Of a stretch of 58,026 nucleotides of DNA, positions 21,542 through 33,535 are shown piece by piece (positions within the stretch are counted from its first letter, which is position 1; every line of letters begins with the position of its first letter). This DNA comes from an uncultured Thioalkalispiraceae bacterium (lineage in GTDB: Bacteria > Pseudomonadota > Gammaproteobacteria > UBA6429 > Thiohalophilaceae), in NCBI GenBank assembly GCA_964403805.1, contig CAYOHQ010000001.1, positions 1 to 58,026 on the forward strand, given 5' to 3'. A model generated the notes under the pieces. That model made no database searches. It worked only from the letters and a program-made list of their open reading frames with translations, and was not told the origin of the DNA. The position numbers were made by a program, and so were the translations under genes.

Positions 21542-22927
21542 TTAGGCTTCAGGCTGGTCCATATTCGTGGAGTATTTCCATAAACTGTCACTGTCGAGAG
21601 CGCGTTTATCAACTTTTAAATATGCTATACCATCTTTAGCGATTACCACCGCCTCGGCTACACCACGAATATTGGTGAGTTGCATTGCTAATTGAGCTGC
21701 GTCTTGTTCCGAGATTTTGCCAACATTCAGTAACTGTGTGCTTAAGTAACTAGGTTGTTTCATTGATATTGCTAATAAAAACCAAATACTAATAAAGACC
21801 ATATTCATCAGGAAGATAGTCTCGTAACCATAAAGCTCACTCAACTTACCGGCTAACAGGCCACCGATAAAAATACCGATGAATTGCGAGCTGGAATACA
21901 CTCCCATTGCCGTGCCTTTTTTAGTGGCCGGAGCTATTTTGGCAACCAGCGAGGGCAAGCTGGCTTCTAATAAATTAAATGCAGTAAAAAATACTAAGAG
22001 CATCACTACAATTCCTGTAAATGAATTAGTGAAACTCCACATACCGAAGATTGCTAATCCTAAACATACAATAGCGCCGCTAAATACCTGTTTTAGTTTT
22101 CGCTTGCGTTCAGCATAGATAATAAATGGTACTAATAAAACCATTGAGCCCAGTAGCACTGGTAAGTAGATCTGCCAATGGTCAGCCTGCATGAATTTTA
22201 AATTATCGTGCAATACTCTTGGAATGGCTAAAAATGTGGCAGTGAGTACTGTATGCAATATCATTATGCCAAAATCCAGACGCAGTAATTGTGGATCAAA
22301 TATAACCTGGCTAAGATTTTTGGTTTCTAGTTCGGTATCGCGATGAAAAGTACTGATGGTCGGAGTCGGTACCAGAAATTTTACCACTAAAATCCCTAAA
22401 ATCGCTAAAAATACCGTCACCATAAAAATACCGGGGACCCCAATTATCCCTTGCAGCACCGGACCCAACACCATGGCGAGCGCAAAGGATAAACCGATGC
22501 TCATTCCAATTATCGCCATAACCTTGACTCGATTTTCTTCGCGCGTTAAATCGGATGCCAATGCCATCACTACAGCTGCGATTGCACCACTGCCTTGGAT
22601 GGCGCGGCCTATAATAATTATCCAGATATCATCGGCACTGGCGGCCACTAAGCTACCCAAAGCAAACACCACAAGACCGCCTATAATCACCGGTTTACGG
22701 CCTATTTTGTCAGATAACATTCCCATGGGGATTTGGAACAGAGCCTGTGTCAGGCCGTATACGCCGATTGCGATTCCTGTTAGAAAATCATTTTGACCCG
22801 GTAATGAGGTCGCATATATCGCGAATACCGGCAAAATCATAAATAGCCCTAGCATCCTTGTGGCAAATATCCCTGATAACGCCATTGCCGTACGACGCTC
22901 GAAGCGGCTCATTCCATCCATTTTCAT
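21542..22927 (-). CDS. MFS transporter with a C-terminal soluble extension
   Basis: 461 aa with about 12 TM helices. MFS loop motif GMLSDKIGRKPV. Sits between ssb and uvrA, as in Pseudomonas. Confidence 0.85.
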   Translation of the reverse strand: MKMDGMSRFERRTAMALSGIFATRMLGLFMILPVFAIYATSLPGQNDFLTGIAIGVYGLTQALFQIPMGMLSDKIGRKPVIIGGLVVFALGSLVAASADDIWIIIIGRAIQGSGAIAAVVMALASDLTREENRVKVMAIIGMSIGLSFALAMVLGPVLQGIIGVPGIFMVTVFLAILGILVVKFLVPTPTISTFHRDTELETKNLSQVIFDPQLLRLDFGIMILHTVLTATFLAIPRVLHDNLKFMQADHWQIYLPVLLGSMVLLVPFIIYAERKRKLKQVFSGAIVCLGLAIFGMWSFTNSFTGIVVMLLVFFTAFNLLEASLPSLVAKIAPATKKGTAMGVYSSSQFIGIFIGGLLAGKLSELYGYETIFLMNMVFISIWFLLAISMKQPSYLSTQLLNVGKISEQDAAQLAMQLTNIRGVAEAVVIAKDGIAYLKVDKRALDSDSLWKYSTNMDQPEA

Positions 22928-23160
22928 GTTAATAATTAATTCCTGATTTCCCTTGTGCGAAACTTTATAAGCTATTGATACAAATAGACTTATTGTAATA
23001 GTTGGCGAATTTATATTGGTTATTCACTTTAATCACAATGATTTTTGCCTGTATCGTCATTATGTGGGTATATTAACAGGTTCACTGTCGATCCATAAAA
23101 GGATTTTATAAATGGCGACTGTTAAATTAACTCAATACAAGGAATTAATAAGTAGCAATA

Positions 23161-25989
23161 ATGAAAAATATTTTAATACGCGGTGCTCGAACCCATAACT
23201 TAAAAAACATCAATCTGGAATTACCCCGCGATAAGCTCATTGTTATTACCGGTTTATCCGGTTCAGGAAAATCGTCTTTGGCATTTGACACCATTTATGC
23301 TGAAGGACAGCGCCGTTACGTCGAGTCACTGTCGGCTTATGCACGCCAATTTCTATCGGTAATGGAAAAACCCGACATCGATCATATCGAAGGTTTATCC
23401 CCGGCTATTTCGATTGAGCAAAAATCGACATCGCATAACCCCCGTTCGACCGTTGGCACGATTACTGAAATTTACGATTATTTACGATTATTGTTTGCCC
23501 GGGCTGGTGAACCCCGATGTCCAGATCACAATATTGTGCTCGACGCACAAACTGTCAGTCAGATGGTTGATCAAATTTTAGAGTTACCTAAAGCAACCAA
23601 GTTAATGTTGCTTTCTCCAGTAGTTGAAAATCGCAAAGGTGAACATGCACAAATATTATCCTCCCTACGCGCTGATGGCTTTATTCGAGCCCGTATCGAT
23701 GGTGAAGTGTATGAACTTGATGAACCACCAAAACTGGATTTACGCAAAAAGCACAGCATCGAAGTAGTTATTGATCGATTTAAAGTACGTGACGATATTC
23801 AAACACGACTCGCCGATTCTTTAGAAACCGCATTAAATCTCAGTGAAGGTATTGCCCGTGTTGCTTACCTTGATGATTCTCTGGAAGACATAGTATTTTC
23901 ATCGCGCTTTGCCTGTTCGAAATGTGGTTATGCCCTTAGTGAACTCGAGCCGCGATTATTTTCATTTAATAATCCTGTAGGCGCTTGCTCTACCTGCGAT
24001 GGACTGGGTATTGAACAATTTTTTAATGAACACAAAATTATTTCAGATCCAGGCAAAAGTTTATCTAACGGTGCTATTCAGGGCTGGGATAGACGCAACG
24101 CCTACTATTTTCAAATGCTGGAATCATTGCAGAAACACTACAAGTTCGATATTGATAAACCGTTTAACAAGCTCGCTAAGAAAATTCAGAAAGTTATTTT
24201 ATATGGCAGTGGTGATGACATTATCAAGTTTACCTATTTTAATGACCGTGGCGACAAGCATTTAAAGAAGCACCCATTCGAAGGCATTATACCCAGTATG
24301 CAACGTCGGTTTAATGAAACCGAATCGAATGTTGTTCGAGAAGAGCTCGCAAAAAACATGAGTAAACAAACTTGCCCGGCTTGTGAGGGTACCCGATTAA
24401 CGCGTGGCGCACGCCACGTTTATATAACCGATAAAGTATTACCCGATATTACTTCAATGCCGATTGACCAGGCCAAATTATTTTTTAAAAAATTAAAACT
24501 GGATGGCCGACGAGGAAAAGTGGCTGACAAGATCGTAAAAGAAATTGGTCAACGTCTGGATTTTTTAGTTAATGTCGGTTTAAATTATTTAACACTAGAA
24601 CGAAATGCCAATACCTTATCAGGTGGTGAAGCACAACGAATACGACTGGCCAGTCAGATTGGAGCAGGTCTGGTTGGCGTAATGTATATCCTCGATGAAC
24701 CGTCAATTGGTTTACACCAACGCGATAATCAACGCTTGCTCAATACCCTGGTCTACCTGCGTGATTTGGGCAATACCGTCATTGTGGTCGAACACGATGA
24801 AGACGCTATTCGAAGTGCCGACTATGTCGTTGATATTGGACCAGGAGCCGGTGTTCATGGCGGTCAGATTGTTGCTAAAGGAACGCCTCAACAAATTTTA
24901 AAAAATTCCAAATCCCTAACAGGCCAATATTTATCGGGTAAACGTAAAATAGCGATACCCGATACTCGAACAACATTTGATAAAAACAAACAAATTGTCA
25001 TTAAAGGTGCACGAGGAAATAATCTAAAAGATGTCACGGTTAAAATACCAGTTGGTGTACTCACCGCTATTACCGGAGTATCGGGTTCAGGGAAATCGAC
25101 GTTAATAAACGACACTTTGTATCTGCATTCCGTTGTTGAACTAAATGGAGCTGATCGCGACCCGGCTGAGTGTGATGAAATCACCGGAATCGATTTTTGC
25201 GATAAAGTGATTGATATAAATCAAAGTGCTATTGGACGAACACCACGCTCCAACCCTGCTACCTATACCCAACTGTTTACGCCTATTCGAGAAATGTTTT
25301 CTGCCACACCAGAATCGCGTGCTCGTGGTTACACGCCGGGTCGATTCAGTTTTAATGTTAAAGGTGGACGTTGTGAAGCCTGTCAGGGTGATGGTGTCAT
25401 TAAAGTTGAGATGCATTTCTTACCGGATGTTTATGTCAAATGTGATGTCTGCAAAGGACACCGTTATAACCGTGAAACGCTTGAAATTAAATTTAAAGGT
25501 AAAAATATTAGTGAAGTACTCCATATGACCATTGAGGATGCTATGCCATTCTTCACTGCAATTCCTCCGATTAAGCGTAAACTACAAACACTATTGGATG
25601 TAGGCTTGGGTTATATCCAACTCGGTCAAAATGCGACAACATTATCCGGTGGTGAGGCACAGCGCATAAAGTTGTCAAAAGAATTATCAAAACGCGATAC
25701 CGGTAACACGCTTTACATTTTAGATGAACCAACAACCGGTTTACACTTCCACGATATCGAACAATTGTTACAAGTGCTGCATCGTTTACGCGATCACGGT
25801 AATACCATTGTCGTTATCGAACACAATCTGGATGTCATAAAAACGGCTGACTGGATTATTGATTTAGGACCTGAAGGCGGTGATAAAGGTGGGACAATCA
25901 TTGCAGCTGCCACACCGGAGGATTTAATTAAAATTAAAAAATCGTATACTGGCCAATATTTAAAGCCGATACTAAAAAACAATAAGTGA
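23161..25989 (+). CDS. uvrA: Excinuclease ABC subunit A
   Basis: 942 aa. Two ABC modules ([36 protein letters not shown] twice) and zinc-finger Cys clusters. Confidence 0.97.
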   Translation: MKNILIRGARTHNLKNINLELPRDKLIVITGLSGSGKSSLAFDTIYAEGQRRYVESLSAYARQFLSVMEKPDIDHIEGLSPAISIEQKSTSHNPRSTVGTITEIYDYLRLLFARAGEPRCPDHNIVLDAQTVSQMVDQILELPKATKLMLLSPVVENRKGEHAQILSSLRADGFIRARIDGEVYELDEPPKLDLRKKHSIEVVIDRFKVRDDIQTRLADSLETALNLSEGIARVAYLDDSLEDIVFSSRFACSKCGYALSELEPRLFSFNNPVGACSTCDGLGIEQFFNEHKIISDPGKSLSNGAIQGWDRRNAYYFQMLESLQKHYKFDIDKPFNKLAKKIQKVILYGSGDDIIKFTYFNDRGDKHLKKHPFEGIIPSMQRRFNETESNVVREELAKNMSKQTCPACEGTRLTRGARHVYITDKVLPDITSMPIDQAKLFFKKLKLDGRRGKVADKIVKEIGQRLDFLVNVGLNYLTLERNANTLSGGEAQRIRLASQIGAGLVGVMYILDEPSIGLHQRDNQRLLNTLVYLRDLGNTVIVVEHDEDAIRSADYVVDIGPGAGVHGGQIVAKGTPQQILKNSKSLTGQYLSGKRKIAIPDTRTTFDKNKQIVIKGARGNNLKDVTVKIPVGVLTAITGVSGSGKSTLINDTLYLHSVVELNGADRDPAECDEITGIDFCDKVIDINQSAIGRTPRSNPATYTQLFTPIREMFSATPESRARGYTPGRFSFNVKGGRCEACQGDGVIKVEMHFLPDVYVKCDVCKGHRYNRETLEIKFKGKNISEVLHMTIEDAMPFFTAIPPIKRKLQTLLDVGLGYIQLGQNATTLSGGEAQRIKLSKELSKRDTGNTLYILDEPTTGLHFHDIEQLLQVLHRLRDHGNTIVVIEHNLDVIKTADWIIDLGPEGGDKGGTIIAAATPEDLIKIKKSYTGQYLKPILKNNK

Positions 25990-25990
25990 A

Positions 25991-26428
25991 CTAGCTATTT
26001 TGGTATGTTAGCTTTCCTAAAACAATATTGAGAAAATGATCACGGTGTAAAAATTTTAATTTTGGTTTTCGTCTGTAACCAACCAATTTTCGTAAACGCG
26101 TTAATTTTTCATTGCCGCGATCTATTTTCAATCCCTCTCTAATTGCAGACAGGCTTAGTTTTCTATCTTGTTTCACACGTGCGGCAATAGCTAAATTATA
26201 AAAAACATCACCATTAGACATTTCTTCATCTGTTGCTTCCATGCATTTTTTTATTCCGGCGTCATAGTCGCCTAAAAATATTAATGTTAAACCGTAATAG
26301 GATAAGCATAGCGAATAAAAAGGATTAACATTTGATCTCCGATCCAGGGCTTTTTCAAATATTGGTAGTGCGTGTTCGTATGCACCGGAATGATAAAAAG
26401 AAATTCCTTTATAGTAATCGTCTTCCAT
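25991..26428 (-). CDS. TPR-like repeat protein, function unknown
   Basis: 145 aa. Helical-repeat pattern (YYKGISFYHSGAYEHALPIFEKAL.., YYGLTLIFLGDYDAGIKKC.., FYNLAIAARVKQD). Basic C-terminal tail. Confidence 0.55.
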   Translation of the reverse strand: MEDDYYKGISFYHSGAYEHALPIFEKALDRRSNVNPFYSLCLSYYGLTLIFLGDYDAGIKKCMEATDEEMSNGDVFYNLAIAARVKQDRKLSLSAIREGLKIDRGNEKLTRLRKLVGYRRKPKLKFLHRDHFLNIVLGKLTYQNS

Positions 26429-26594
26429 ACACTATCCATGTAAAACATTATTTATTTAGTGCTAATTGTAACTCACAATAAGTGATTATGCGTAATATTA
26501 AACATTAAAGAAAGATTCTCGTTAACTATCAATTAACGACAATGGGTTTTATTTAGTAAAACGATAAAATTGATATTAATTCAAACCGTCGTAA

Positions 26595-27329
26595 TTAACA
26601 TAATATATTAAGTCCAATTTGTTGAGTTAGAGTCAAATTCAGCTTTTGTTTAGCACTGGTTTTATTACATGCTATTTCTACCAAGCCCATCGAGTTTATA
26701 TACCAAAAACAATCACTAGTTGGTACTTCTGAGAATACTTTGGCATATGAAATAACTGAATCCCCGACTGTTAATTTTGTATTTTTTGATATTGTAGTAT
26801 TAATTGATGTAATAGCATTTCCAAAAGAATCAAAATAAATAATTTGGGGTATTAATTTTTTTTGATTTAATTTTACTTGTTGATTATTTGCTTTTAGGTA
26901 CGTTTTAAAATCCAAAGTGTCGTTATACAGTTTACATGCAATTGGGACAAACAAATCTCTACCATGAAAACTATTCGATAAATTTTCAGGTCGCCAGATG
27001 ATCTCCCATTGTTTTATATTTTGATAATTTGAATTTAAATAACTAAAAATTCCATTATCTGGTCCAATGTAATAATTCGAATCGGCTTTCAGAACAACCG
27101 TTTTTCGATCGCTACCGACACCCGGATCTACGACACAGATAAAAATTGTGTTATCAGGAAAATTTATTGTGATAGCTGGAATTAATATCGCTGCCGCATC
27201 AATATTAAATGCAGGTAGGTCGTGCATCAAATCAAGTACGGAGGCAGAAGGAGAATGATGATAAATTTTTGCTTTTAGTTGACCGACGTAGGGCCCTAAA
27301 TAACCATAGTCTGTAAGTAGAACAATCAT
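26595..27329 (-). CDS. DUF62-family S-adenosyl-L-methionine hydrolase (adenosine-forming) / SAM hydroxide adenosyltransferase-like
   Basis: MIVLLTDYGYLGPYVGQLKAKI.., VVDPGVGSDRK, GPDNGIF and FHGRDLFVPIA are family hallmarks of the fluorinase/chlorinase/DUF62 fold. Confidence 0.8.
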   Translation of the reverse strand: MIVLLTDYGYLGPYVGQLKAKIYHHSPSASVLDLMHDLPAFNIDAAAILIPAITINFPDNTIFICVVDPGVGSDRKTVVLKADSNYYIGPDNGIFSYLNSNYQNIKQWEIIWRPENLSNSFHGRDLFVPIACKLYNDTLDFKTYLKANNQQVKLNQKKLIPQIIYFDSFGNAITSINTTISKNTKLTVGDSVISYAKVFSEVPTSDCFWYINSMGLVEIACNKTSAKQKLNLTLTQQIGLNILC

Positions 27330-27345
27330 GCTCTAAAGTATAGAC

Positions 27346-27378
27346 AAAAAAAAGCCGGGTAGATAACCCGGCTTTTTT
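27346..27378 (-). terminator. Rho-independent terminator of the alpha operon (after rplQ)
   Basis: AAAAAAAAGCCGGGT-agata-ACCCGGCTTTTTT. GC stem with a U-tract on the minus strand, 17 nt after the rplQ stop. Confidence 0.85.
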
Positions 27379-27394
27379 AATATGTTTCTATTGT

Positions 27395-27799
27395 TTAAGC
27401 TTCAGCTGTTTCTTTTACATCATCCTCAACAATTTCACCTTCAGGACGATCAACTAATTCAACAATTGCCATTGGTGCATTATCACCAGGACGAAAGCCA
27501 CACTTTAAGATTCTTAAGTAACCACCAGGGCGTTCCTTATAACGAGGTCCCAGAATATTAAATAATTTTGTTACCATGCTACGATCACGTAAGCGATCGA
27601 ATACTAAACGGCGTTTAGAAACGCTATCTTCTTTAGCGATAGTAATTAATGGTTCTGCAACTCTTCTTAATTCTTTTGCTTTAGGAAGTGTTGTTGTAAT
27701 TATTTCGTGATCAAATAATGATGTAGTCATATTACGAAACATCGCTTTACGATGACTACTATTTCTATTTAATTGACGACCACTTTGACGGTGACGCAT
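27395..27799 (-). CDS. rplQ: 50S ribosomal protein L17
   Basis: [24 protein letters not shown]. Last gene of the alpha operon. Confidence 0.97.
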   Translation of the reverse strand: MRHRQSGRQLNRNSSHRKAMFRNMTTSLFDHEIITTTLPKAKELRRVAEPLITIAKEDSVSKRRLVFDRLRDRSMVTKLFNILGPRYKERPGGYLRILKCGFRPGDNAPMAIVELVDRPEGEIVEDDVKETAEA

Positions 27800-27833
27800 G
27801 GTTCTGACCCTTTTTAGTAAACTAAATTATTCT

Positions 27834-28853
27834 TTAACTAAATAAAGAAACTGATTCTTTCTCTTCTTTTGCTTCTTTTAAACTTGGTGGTGGCCAGTTT
27901 TCAAGGCGCATACCTAAAGACAGTGCACGAGAAGCTAACACGTCTTTAATTTCTGTTAATGATTTCTTACCTAAATTTGGTGTTTTCAATAATTCTACTT
28001 CAGTACGTTGAATTAAATCACCAATGTAAAAAATTTGTTCTGCTTTTAAACAATTTGCTGACCGAACTGTTAATTCCAAATCATCGACTGAACGTAGTAA
28101 AATTGGATCAATTGCTGGCTCTTCTTCAGCTGCTTCAACTTCCGGCTTACCGGATAAATCAACAAAAGCTGACAGTTGATCTTGTAATATTGTTGCAGCA
28201 CTTCGAATTGCTTCTTCTGGATCAATTGTGCCATTGGTTTCAAGCTCAATAACCAATTTATCCAAATCAGTACGTTTTTCCACACGGGCACGTTCGACAA
28301 CATAGGCAATTCGTTGAATTGGGCTAAAGCTGGCATCTATTAATAATCGTCCTATTGGTCGATCTTCGTCTTCTGCAAGTTCACGTGCATTTGCAGGTTC
28401 ATAACCACGTCCTGCTGTTACTTTCAAAGTCATGTTTAATGTGCCAGTCTTTGTGAAGTTTGCAATGACATGATCAGGATTAATACATTCAACATCGTGA
28501 TCCAGCTGAATATCACCAGCAGTGACAACACAAGGACCTTCCTTACGAAGTGTTAAAGTTGCTTCATCACGCTCGTGCATTTGTAATGCCACACCTTTAA
28601 GGTTCAACAAGATATCAACCACATCTTCCTGAACACCATCAATAGTGGTGTACTCATGCAAAACACCTTCAATTTCAACTTCGGTGATTGCCGCACCTTT
28701 CATTGAAGATAACAAAATCCGTCTTAGAGCATTCCCTAATGTGTGTCCGAAACCACGTTCGAGTGGTTCTAAAACCACCTTGGCATGTGTTTCGTTTATT
28801 TGTTTAACATCTACAATTCGTGGTGTAAGAAAATCAGTAACAGAACCCTGCAT
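27834..28853 (-). CDS. rpoA: DNA-directed RNA polymerase subunit alpha
   Basis: 339 aa. [19 protein letters not shown]-terminal domain, and an alpha-CTD ([20 protein letters not shown]). Confidence 0.98.
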   Translation of the reverse strand: MQGSVTDFLTPRIVDVKQINETHAKVVLEPLERGFGHTLGNALRRILLSSMKGAAITEVEIEGVLHEYTTIDGVQEDVVDILLNLKGVALQMHERDEATLTLRKEGPCVVTAGDIQLDHDVECINPDHVIANFTKTGTLNMTLKVTAGRGYEPANARELAEDEDRPIGRLLIDASFSPIQRIAYVVERARVEKRTDLDKLVIELETNGTIDPEEAIRSAATILQDQLSAFVDLSGKPEVEAAEEEPAIDPILLRSVDDLELTVRSANCLKAEQIFYIGDLIQRTEVELLKTPNLGKKSLTEIKDVLASRALSLGMRLENWPPPSLKEAKEEKESVSLFS

Positions 28854-28932
28854 GGATTAACCTCAAATAAAATTACATAATTGTGAAAAAGTCTGCTCGC
28901 ACCTAAAATAGGTACAGCAGTTTTTAAATTCG

Positions 28933-29559
28933 TTACTTGGAATATAACTCAATAACCAAGTGTTCTTTAATATCAGATGGTAGTTCAGAACGTTCAGGTT
29001 TACTTTTGTAAATACCTTCCATCTTATTAAAATTAACATCTAACCAATCTGAAATACCACGCTGCTGAGCAATTTCTGCTGAAGCTTTTGTACGTAATTG
29101 ATTTTTTGATTTCTCAGATAGGGAAATTGTATCACCAGGTCGAACCGATGCTGATGGTACATTCAATTTAGTACCATTTAACTGAATGGCATTATGTTTT
29201 ACCAACTGACGTGCTTCAGAACGTGATGAACCAAAACCCATTCGGTAAACAACGTTATCTAAACGTGATTCCAGAAGTTGTAGTAAGTTTTCACCAGTTG
29301 ATCCTTTTAAACGATCAGCTTCTTTATAATAGTTTCTGAATTGACCTTCAAGAACACCGTAGATACGACGTAATTTTTGTTTCTCACGTAATTGAACAGC
29401 GTAATCGGAGTTACGTGTTCGACGTTGACCATGCTGGCCTGGAGGAAACGGGCGATTTTCAATTGCACATTTGCCACTGAAGCACTTCTCACCTTTCAAA
29501 AACAATTTCTCACCTTCACGGCGACATTGACGACATTTAGATCCAATATATCGAGCCAC
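28933..29559 (-). CDS. rpsD: 30S ribosomal protein S4
   Basis: [27 protein letters not shown]4 domain present. Confidence 0.97.
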   Translation of the reverse strand: MARYIGSKCRQCRREGEKLFLKGEKCFSGKCAIENRPFPPGQHGQRRTRNSDYAVQLREKQKLRRIYGVLEGQFRNYYKEADRLKGSTGENLLQLLESRLDNVVYRMGFGSSRSEARQLVKHNAIQLNGTKLNVPSASVRPGDTISLSEKSKNQLRTKASAEIAQQRGISDWLDVNFNKMEGIYKSKPERSELPSDIKEHLVIELYSK

Positions 29560-29575
29560 GGACTAATTCTCCTGT

Positions 29576-29968
29576 TTAAACGCGACGTTTCTTCGGTGGA
29601 CGACAACCATTATGAGGTATCGGCGTCACGTCAGAAATATTTGTAATTTTAAAACCAAGTCCATTTAATGCACGAACTGCAGATTCACGACCAGGACCAG
29701 GTCCCTTCACGTTCACTTCCAAATTCTTCATTCCAAATTCTTGAGCAACTTTACCCGCTCTTTCTGCAGCAACCTGCGCCGCAAATGGCGTACTTTTACG
29801 AGAACCACGGAAGCCTGAACCACCAGCAGTTGCCCAACAGAGCGCATTACCTTGACGATCACTGATGGTAACAATAGTGTTATTAAAAGAAGCATGTACG
29901 TGGGCAATGCCATCGACAATATTCTTCTTTTCTTTTTTACGTGCCCGTGTTGCTGTTTTAGTTGCCAT
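29576..29968 (-). CDS. rpsK: 30S ribosomal protein S11
   Basis: [35 protein letters not shown]. Confidence 0.97.
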   Translation of the reverse strand: MATKTATRARKKEKKNIVDGIAHVHASFNNTIVTISDRQGNALCWATAGGSGFRGSRKSTPFAAQVAAERAGKVAQEFGMKNLEVNVKGPGPGRESAVRALNGLGFKITNISDVTPIPHNGCRPPKKRRV

Positions 29969-30015
29969 TTATCTTTTATATCCTGTATCGAATTCTATCT
30001 ATATCGTTTAATTGC

Positions 30016-30372
30016 TTAGCGTTTTATAGGCTTGCGAGGACCTTTACGGGTACGGGCATTGGTTTTAGTTCGTTGACCACGTAATGGCAAACCACGACGA
30101 TGACGAATACCACGATAACTGCCTAAATCCATTAAACGTTTAATGTTCATTGAAACTTCTCGTCGCAAATCACCTTCAACAGTGAATTTAGCAACTTCGG
30201 CTCGTAATGACTCTAACTCAGATTCAGCAAGATCTTTAATTTTAGCATCTGGCTTAATACCACTGGCTGTGCATATCTTTTGTGCACGAGTGTTGCCAAT
30301 ACCATAAATTGCGGTTAATGCAATTACAGTGTGTTTTTGTACTGGTATATTTATTCCTGCTATACGGGCCAT
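30016..30372 (-). CDS. rpsM: 30S ribosomal protein S13
   Basis: [26 protein letters not shown]. Confidence 0.97.
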   Translation of the reverse strand: MARIAGINIPVQKHTVIALTAIYGIGNTRAQKICTASGIKPDAKIKDLAESELESLRAEVAKFTVEGDLRREVSMNIKRLMDLGSYRGIRHRRGLPLRGQRTKTNARTRKGPRKPIKR

Positions 30373-30500
30373 TACGCCAACTCCAAAATCTAATTAATTA
30401 CGCCACAAGCGCACGAAGGCGCGCCATGGTACTTATAAACAAGCTATTTTTCAAGTCATTATGGACTATTTTATCCACTATTTGACCTAAACCCTTGATA

Positions 30501-30614
30501 TTAACCCTGTCTTTGTTTATGACGAGGTTCAACACATATAATTCGAACTACACCCTTGCGCTTAACTACTTTGCAGTTTCGGCATAATTTCTTAACTGAT
30601 GCTCGGACTTTCAT
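30501..30614 (-). CDS. rpmJ: 50S ribosomal protein L36 (zinc-binding type)
   Basis: Not in the ORF track because it is under 60 aa. My translation is [37 protein letters not shown]. Canonical position between secY and rpsM. Confidence 0.93.
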   Translation of the reverse strand: MKVRASVKKLCRNCKVVKRKGVVRIICVEPRHKQRQG

Positions 30615-30659
30615 TTCTATCTCCAACTGTTGCCCTAATTAACAACAATAACTAGTTTA

Positions 30660-31997
30660 CTATCGCAACATTCCGGTGTTGCCCTGACCTTTCAGATTCG
30701 CTTTTTTCATTAAGCCTTCATATTGATGAGACATTAAATGCGCCTGAACCTGAGCCATGAAATCCATCACGACCACGACAATAATCAATAATGATGTACC
30801 ACCAAAATAGAATGGTAAATTGTTCCAATGTAAACGCATTAATTCAGGCAACAAACAAACAGCGGTAATATAAAAAGCACCAATTAATGTTAATCGGCCT
30901 AATATGCTATCAATGTATTTAGCAGTTTGCTCACCCGGACGTATACCCGGTACAAATGCGCCAGATCGTTTCAGGTTATCTGCTGTTTCTTTCGGGTTAA
31001 ACATTAACGCCGTATAAAAGAAACAGAAAAATATAATGGCGATTGCATATAACAAGACATACAAAGGTTGCCCAGGTGAAATATAAGTTGCGAAATCGGA
31101 TAACACAGCACCAAAGCCTTCATCACTATTACTTCCAACCCAACCAACTAAGGTGGCAGGAAACAATATTATACTCGATGCAAATATGGGTGGAATTACA
31201 CCAGCCATGTTCACTTTTAATGGTAAATGGCTACTTTGAGCCGCATACATTTTTCGGCCTTGTTGCCGTTTCGCATAATTAACTGTAATGCGCCGTTGCC
31301 CGCGTTCCATGAAAACAACAAACATAATAACGGAAACAATTATCAGCATTATAGCAACAATGTCACCGGCACTAAACTCACCTTTGCCACCTAGAGATAA
31401 GGTTTGCATCACTGCTGGTGGTAACCCAGCAACAATACCGGCAAAAATTATCATTGATATCCCATTTCCTATGCCACGCTCAGTGATTTGTTCTCCAAGC
31501 CACATTAGGAACATGGTGCCCGTTGTTAATGTCACAACGGTTGTAAAATAAAATGTGTAAAGATTATCATACATTACCAGGTTAGGTGTTCTGGCCAATG
31601 CCACTGCGACACCAAGGCCCTGAAAGAGAGCCAAACCCAGTGTACCGTAGCGGGTATATTGAGTAATTTTTCGTTTCCCAGCTGCACCTTCTTTACTAAG
31701 CTGTTCTAATTTAGGGTGAACTTTTGTCAGCAATTGCACAATAATGGATGACGAAATATAAGGCATTATACCCAATGCAAAAACGGATAAACGCGCTAAT
31801 GCACCACCGCCAAACATATTGAACATACCAAGAATGCCGTCTTTATTTTGATCAAACAAGCTCGCCATTTCAGCAGGATTAATACCTGGAACCGTAATGT
31901 ACGAGCCGATACGGAATACCAGTAAAGCACCCATCAAGAATAATAAACGATGACGTAATTCAGTAAAACGTCCTGTAGTTGCACCCGGAGCAGCCAT
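30660..31997 (-). CDS. secY: Protein translocase subunit SecY
   Basis: 445 aa with 10 TM helices. The ATG overlaps the rplO TAA (TAATG). Located in the spc operon. Confidence 0.97.
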   Translation of the reverse strand: MAAPGATTGRFTELRHRLLFLMGALLVFRIGSYITVPGINPAEMASLFDQNKDGILGMFNMFGGGALARLSVFALGIMPYISSSIIVQLLTKVHPKLEQLSKEGAAGKRKITQYTRYGTLGLALFQGLGVAVALARTPNLVMYDNLYTFYFTTVVTLTTGTMFLMWLGEQITERGIGNGISMIIFAGIVAGLPPAVMQTLSLGGKGEFSAGDIVAIMLIIVSVIMFVVFMERGQRRITVNYAKRQQGRKMYAAQSSHLPLKVNMAGVIPPIFASSIILFPATLVGWVGSNSDEGFGAVLSDFATYISPGQPLYVLLYAIAIIFFCFFYTALMFNPKETADNLKRSGAFVPGIRPGEQTAKYIDSILGRLTLIGAFYITAVCLLPELMRLHWNNLPFYFGGTSLLIIVVVVMDFMAQVQAHLMSHQYEGLMKKANLKGQGNTGMLR

Positions 31998-32431
31998 TAT
32001 TCTTCGATTTTCCCGCCAGCTGCTTCAATTGCGGCACGTGCACCCTTAGATACTCGTAAACCTTTTACAGTTACTTTTTTATCTAAACTTCCAGATAACA
32101 TCACTTTAACGTGTTTGATGTTTTTACTGATAATATTGGCTTCTTTTAATGCAGCGATATCAACAACATCTGCATTGACTTTAGCCAGTTCTGATAATCG
32201 AACTTCAGCCGTGATAAAACCAACGCGTGAACTAAAACCAACTTTTGGTAGACGTCTTTGCAAAGGCATTTGACCACCTTCAAAACCAATCTTAGGCAGC
32301 CCACCTGAACGTGATTTTTGACCTTTATGTCCGCGGCCACATGTTTTACCTAAACCGGAACCAATACCACGTCCTACACGTTTCGCAGTCGTTTTTGATC
32401 CTTCTCCAGGCTTGAGTGAATTTAATCGCAT
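31997..32431 (-). CDS. rplO: 50S ribosomal protein L15
   Basis: [44 protein letters not shown]. Confidence 0.97.
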   Translation of the reverse strand: MRLNSLKPGEGSKTTAKRVGRGIGSGLGKTCGRGHKGQKSRSGGLPKIGFEGGQMPLQRRLPKVGFSSRVGFITAEVRLSELAKVNADVVDIAALKEANIISKNIKHVKVMLSGSLDKKVTVKGLRVSKGARAAIEAAGGKIEE

Positions 32432-32432
32432 T

Positions 32433-32621
32433 TTAACTTTCCTCGATTCTTACCAGGTATGAGACTTTATTTGCCATGCCTCTAGTGCAAGGGGTATCTT
32501 CAACTTCAACCGTATGGTGCAGTCGACGCAAGCCCAAACCAGTTACACAAGCCTTATGCCCTGGTGTTCGACCATGCATGCTTTTTGTTAAAGTTACTTT
32601 CATTGTTTTCTTTGCAGCCAT
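32433..32621 (-). CDS. rpmD: 50S ribosomal protein L30
   Basis: [37 protein letters not shown]. Confidence 0.95.
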   Translation of the reverse strand: MAAKKTMKVTLTKSMHGRTPGHKACVTGLGLRRLHHTVEVEDTPCTRGMANKVSYLVRIEES

Positions 32622-32642
32622 TTCTATACCACTTAAAATAAT

Positions 32643-33149
32643 TTATTTAATATCTTCTAATTTCAAACCGCGTTTTGCAGCGACTTGTTCAGGAGATGTC
32701 ATATTTGCCAATCCACGAATTGTTGCATTCACAACATTAATAGGATTGTTACTACCAATACATTTTGCCAGAACATTATGCACGCCAACCACATCAAACA
32801 CCGCTCGCATAGGGCCACCTGCGATTACACCGGTACCTTCCGATGCTGGCTTCATAAACACTTTTGCTGCGCCATGAGAGGAAGTTATTGGATACTGTAA
32901 TGTACCATCAGTTAAAGCAATTTTACGCATATTCTTACGTGCATTTTCCATTGCCTTCTGTATGGCAATCGGCACTTCACGCGCCTTACCTTGACCAAAG
33001 CCAACTTTTCCATTGCCATCACCAACCACGGTTAATGCTGAAAAACCAAAAATTCGACCACCTTTAACAACTTTTGCAACACGACGTACTGCTACTAATC
33101 GTTCTTGCAAGCCATCACTAGGACCTTTTTTCTCGAATGCTGCTGCCAT
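32643..33149 (-). CDS. rpsE: 30S ribosomal protein S5
   Basis: [42 protein letters not shown]. Confidence 0.97.
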   Translation of the reverse strand: MAAAFEKKGPSDGLQERLVAVRRVAKVVKGGRIFGFSALTVVGDGNGKVGFGQGKAREVPIAIQKAMENARKNMRKIALTDGTLQYPITSSHGAAKVFMKPASEGTGVIAGGPMRAVFDVVGVHNVLAKCIGSNNPINVVNATIRGLANMTSPEQVAAKRGLKLEDIK

Positions 33150-33158
33150 AATAAACCT

Positions 33159-33515
33159 TTAAAATTGTAATCCTGCTTCACGTGCTGCGTCAGCCAGTGC
33201 TTTAACACGGCCATGATATTTAAAACCGGAGCGATCAAATGCTACCTTTTCAATACCGGCGGTTTTTGCTTTTTCTGCAATTGTTTTTCCTACCAAAGCG
33301 GCGGCATCTTTATTGCCGGTCACTTTAACCGAGCTTTTAACGTCTTTTTCTAAAGTTGATGCACTCGCAACAACTTCTGCACCGTTGGGTGCTATCAATT
33401 GAGCATAGATATGACGTGGCGTACGATATACCGATAAACGATGCACACCAATCTCTTTAATCTTTGCTCTTGCGCGACGCGCTCTACGAATTCTTGAATC
33501 TTTCTTATTCATCAT
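33159..33515 (-). CDS. rplR: 50S ribosomal protein L18
   Basis: [26 protein letters not shown].. Start could be either of the two adjacent Met codons. Confidence 0.96.
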   Translation of the reverse strand: MMNKKDSRIRRARRARAKIKEIGVHRLSVYRTPRHIYAQLIAPNGAEVVASASTLEKDVKSSVKVTGNKDAAALVGKTIAEKAKTAGIEKVAFDRSGFKYHGRVKALADAAREAGLQF

Positions 33516-33535
33516 TTATGCCTTATTTTTTCGTG

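Noticed and set aside
22928-23160. Search for an SOS (LexA) box, CTGT-N8-ACAG, in the uvrA/MFS divergent promoter region and upstream of ssb (21418-21541).
   Set aside because: All three CTGT occurrences (for example CTGTATCGTCATTATG) lack the matching ACAG half-site, so no canonical gammaproteobacterial LexA box is supported.
28875-28925. Imperfect hairpin CTGCTCGCACCTA-aaa-TAGGTACAGCAG in the rpsD-rpoA spacer, considered as an internal terminator.
   Set aside because: The stem has a mismatch or bulge and only a short T-run follows it. It sits inside a well-known co-transcribed operon, so the evidence is too weak to call.
30371-30404. Direct 8-nt repeat GGCGTAAT (minus strand) in the rpsM leader, one copy including the start codon, plus a GGCGCGCC palindrome nearby. 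Considered as a possible S4-binding pseudoknot mimic.
   Set aside because: An 8-mer recurring within about 130 nt is not statistically remarkable, and I cannot demonstrate the pseudoknot by eye. An S4-responsive leader here remains plausible but unsupported.
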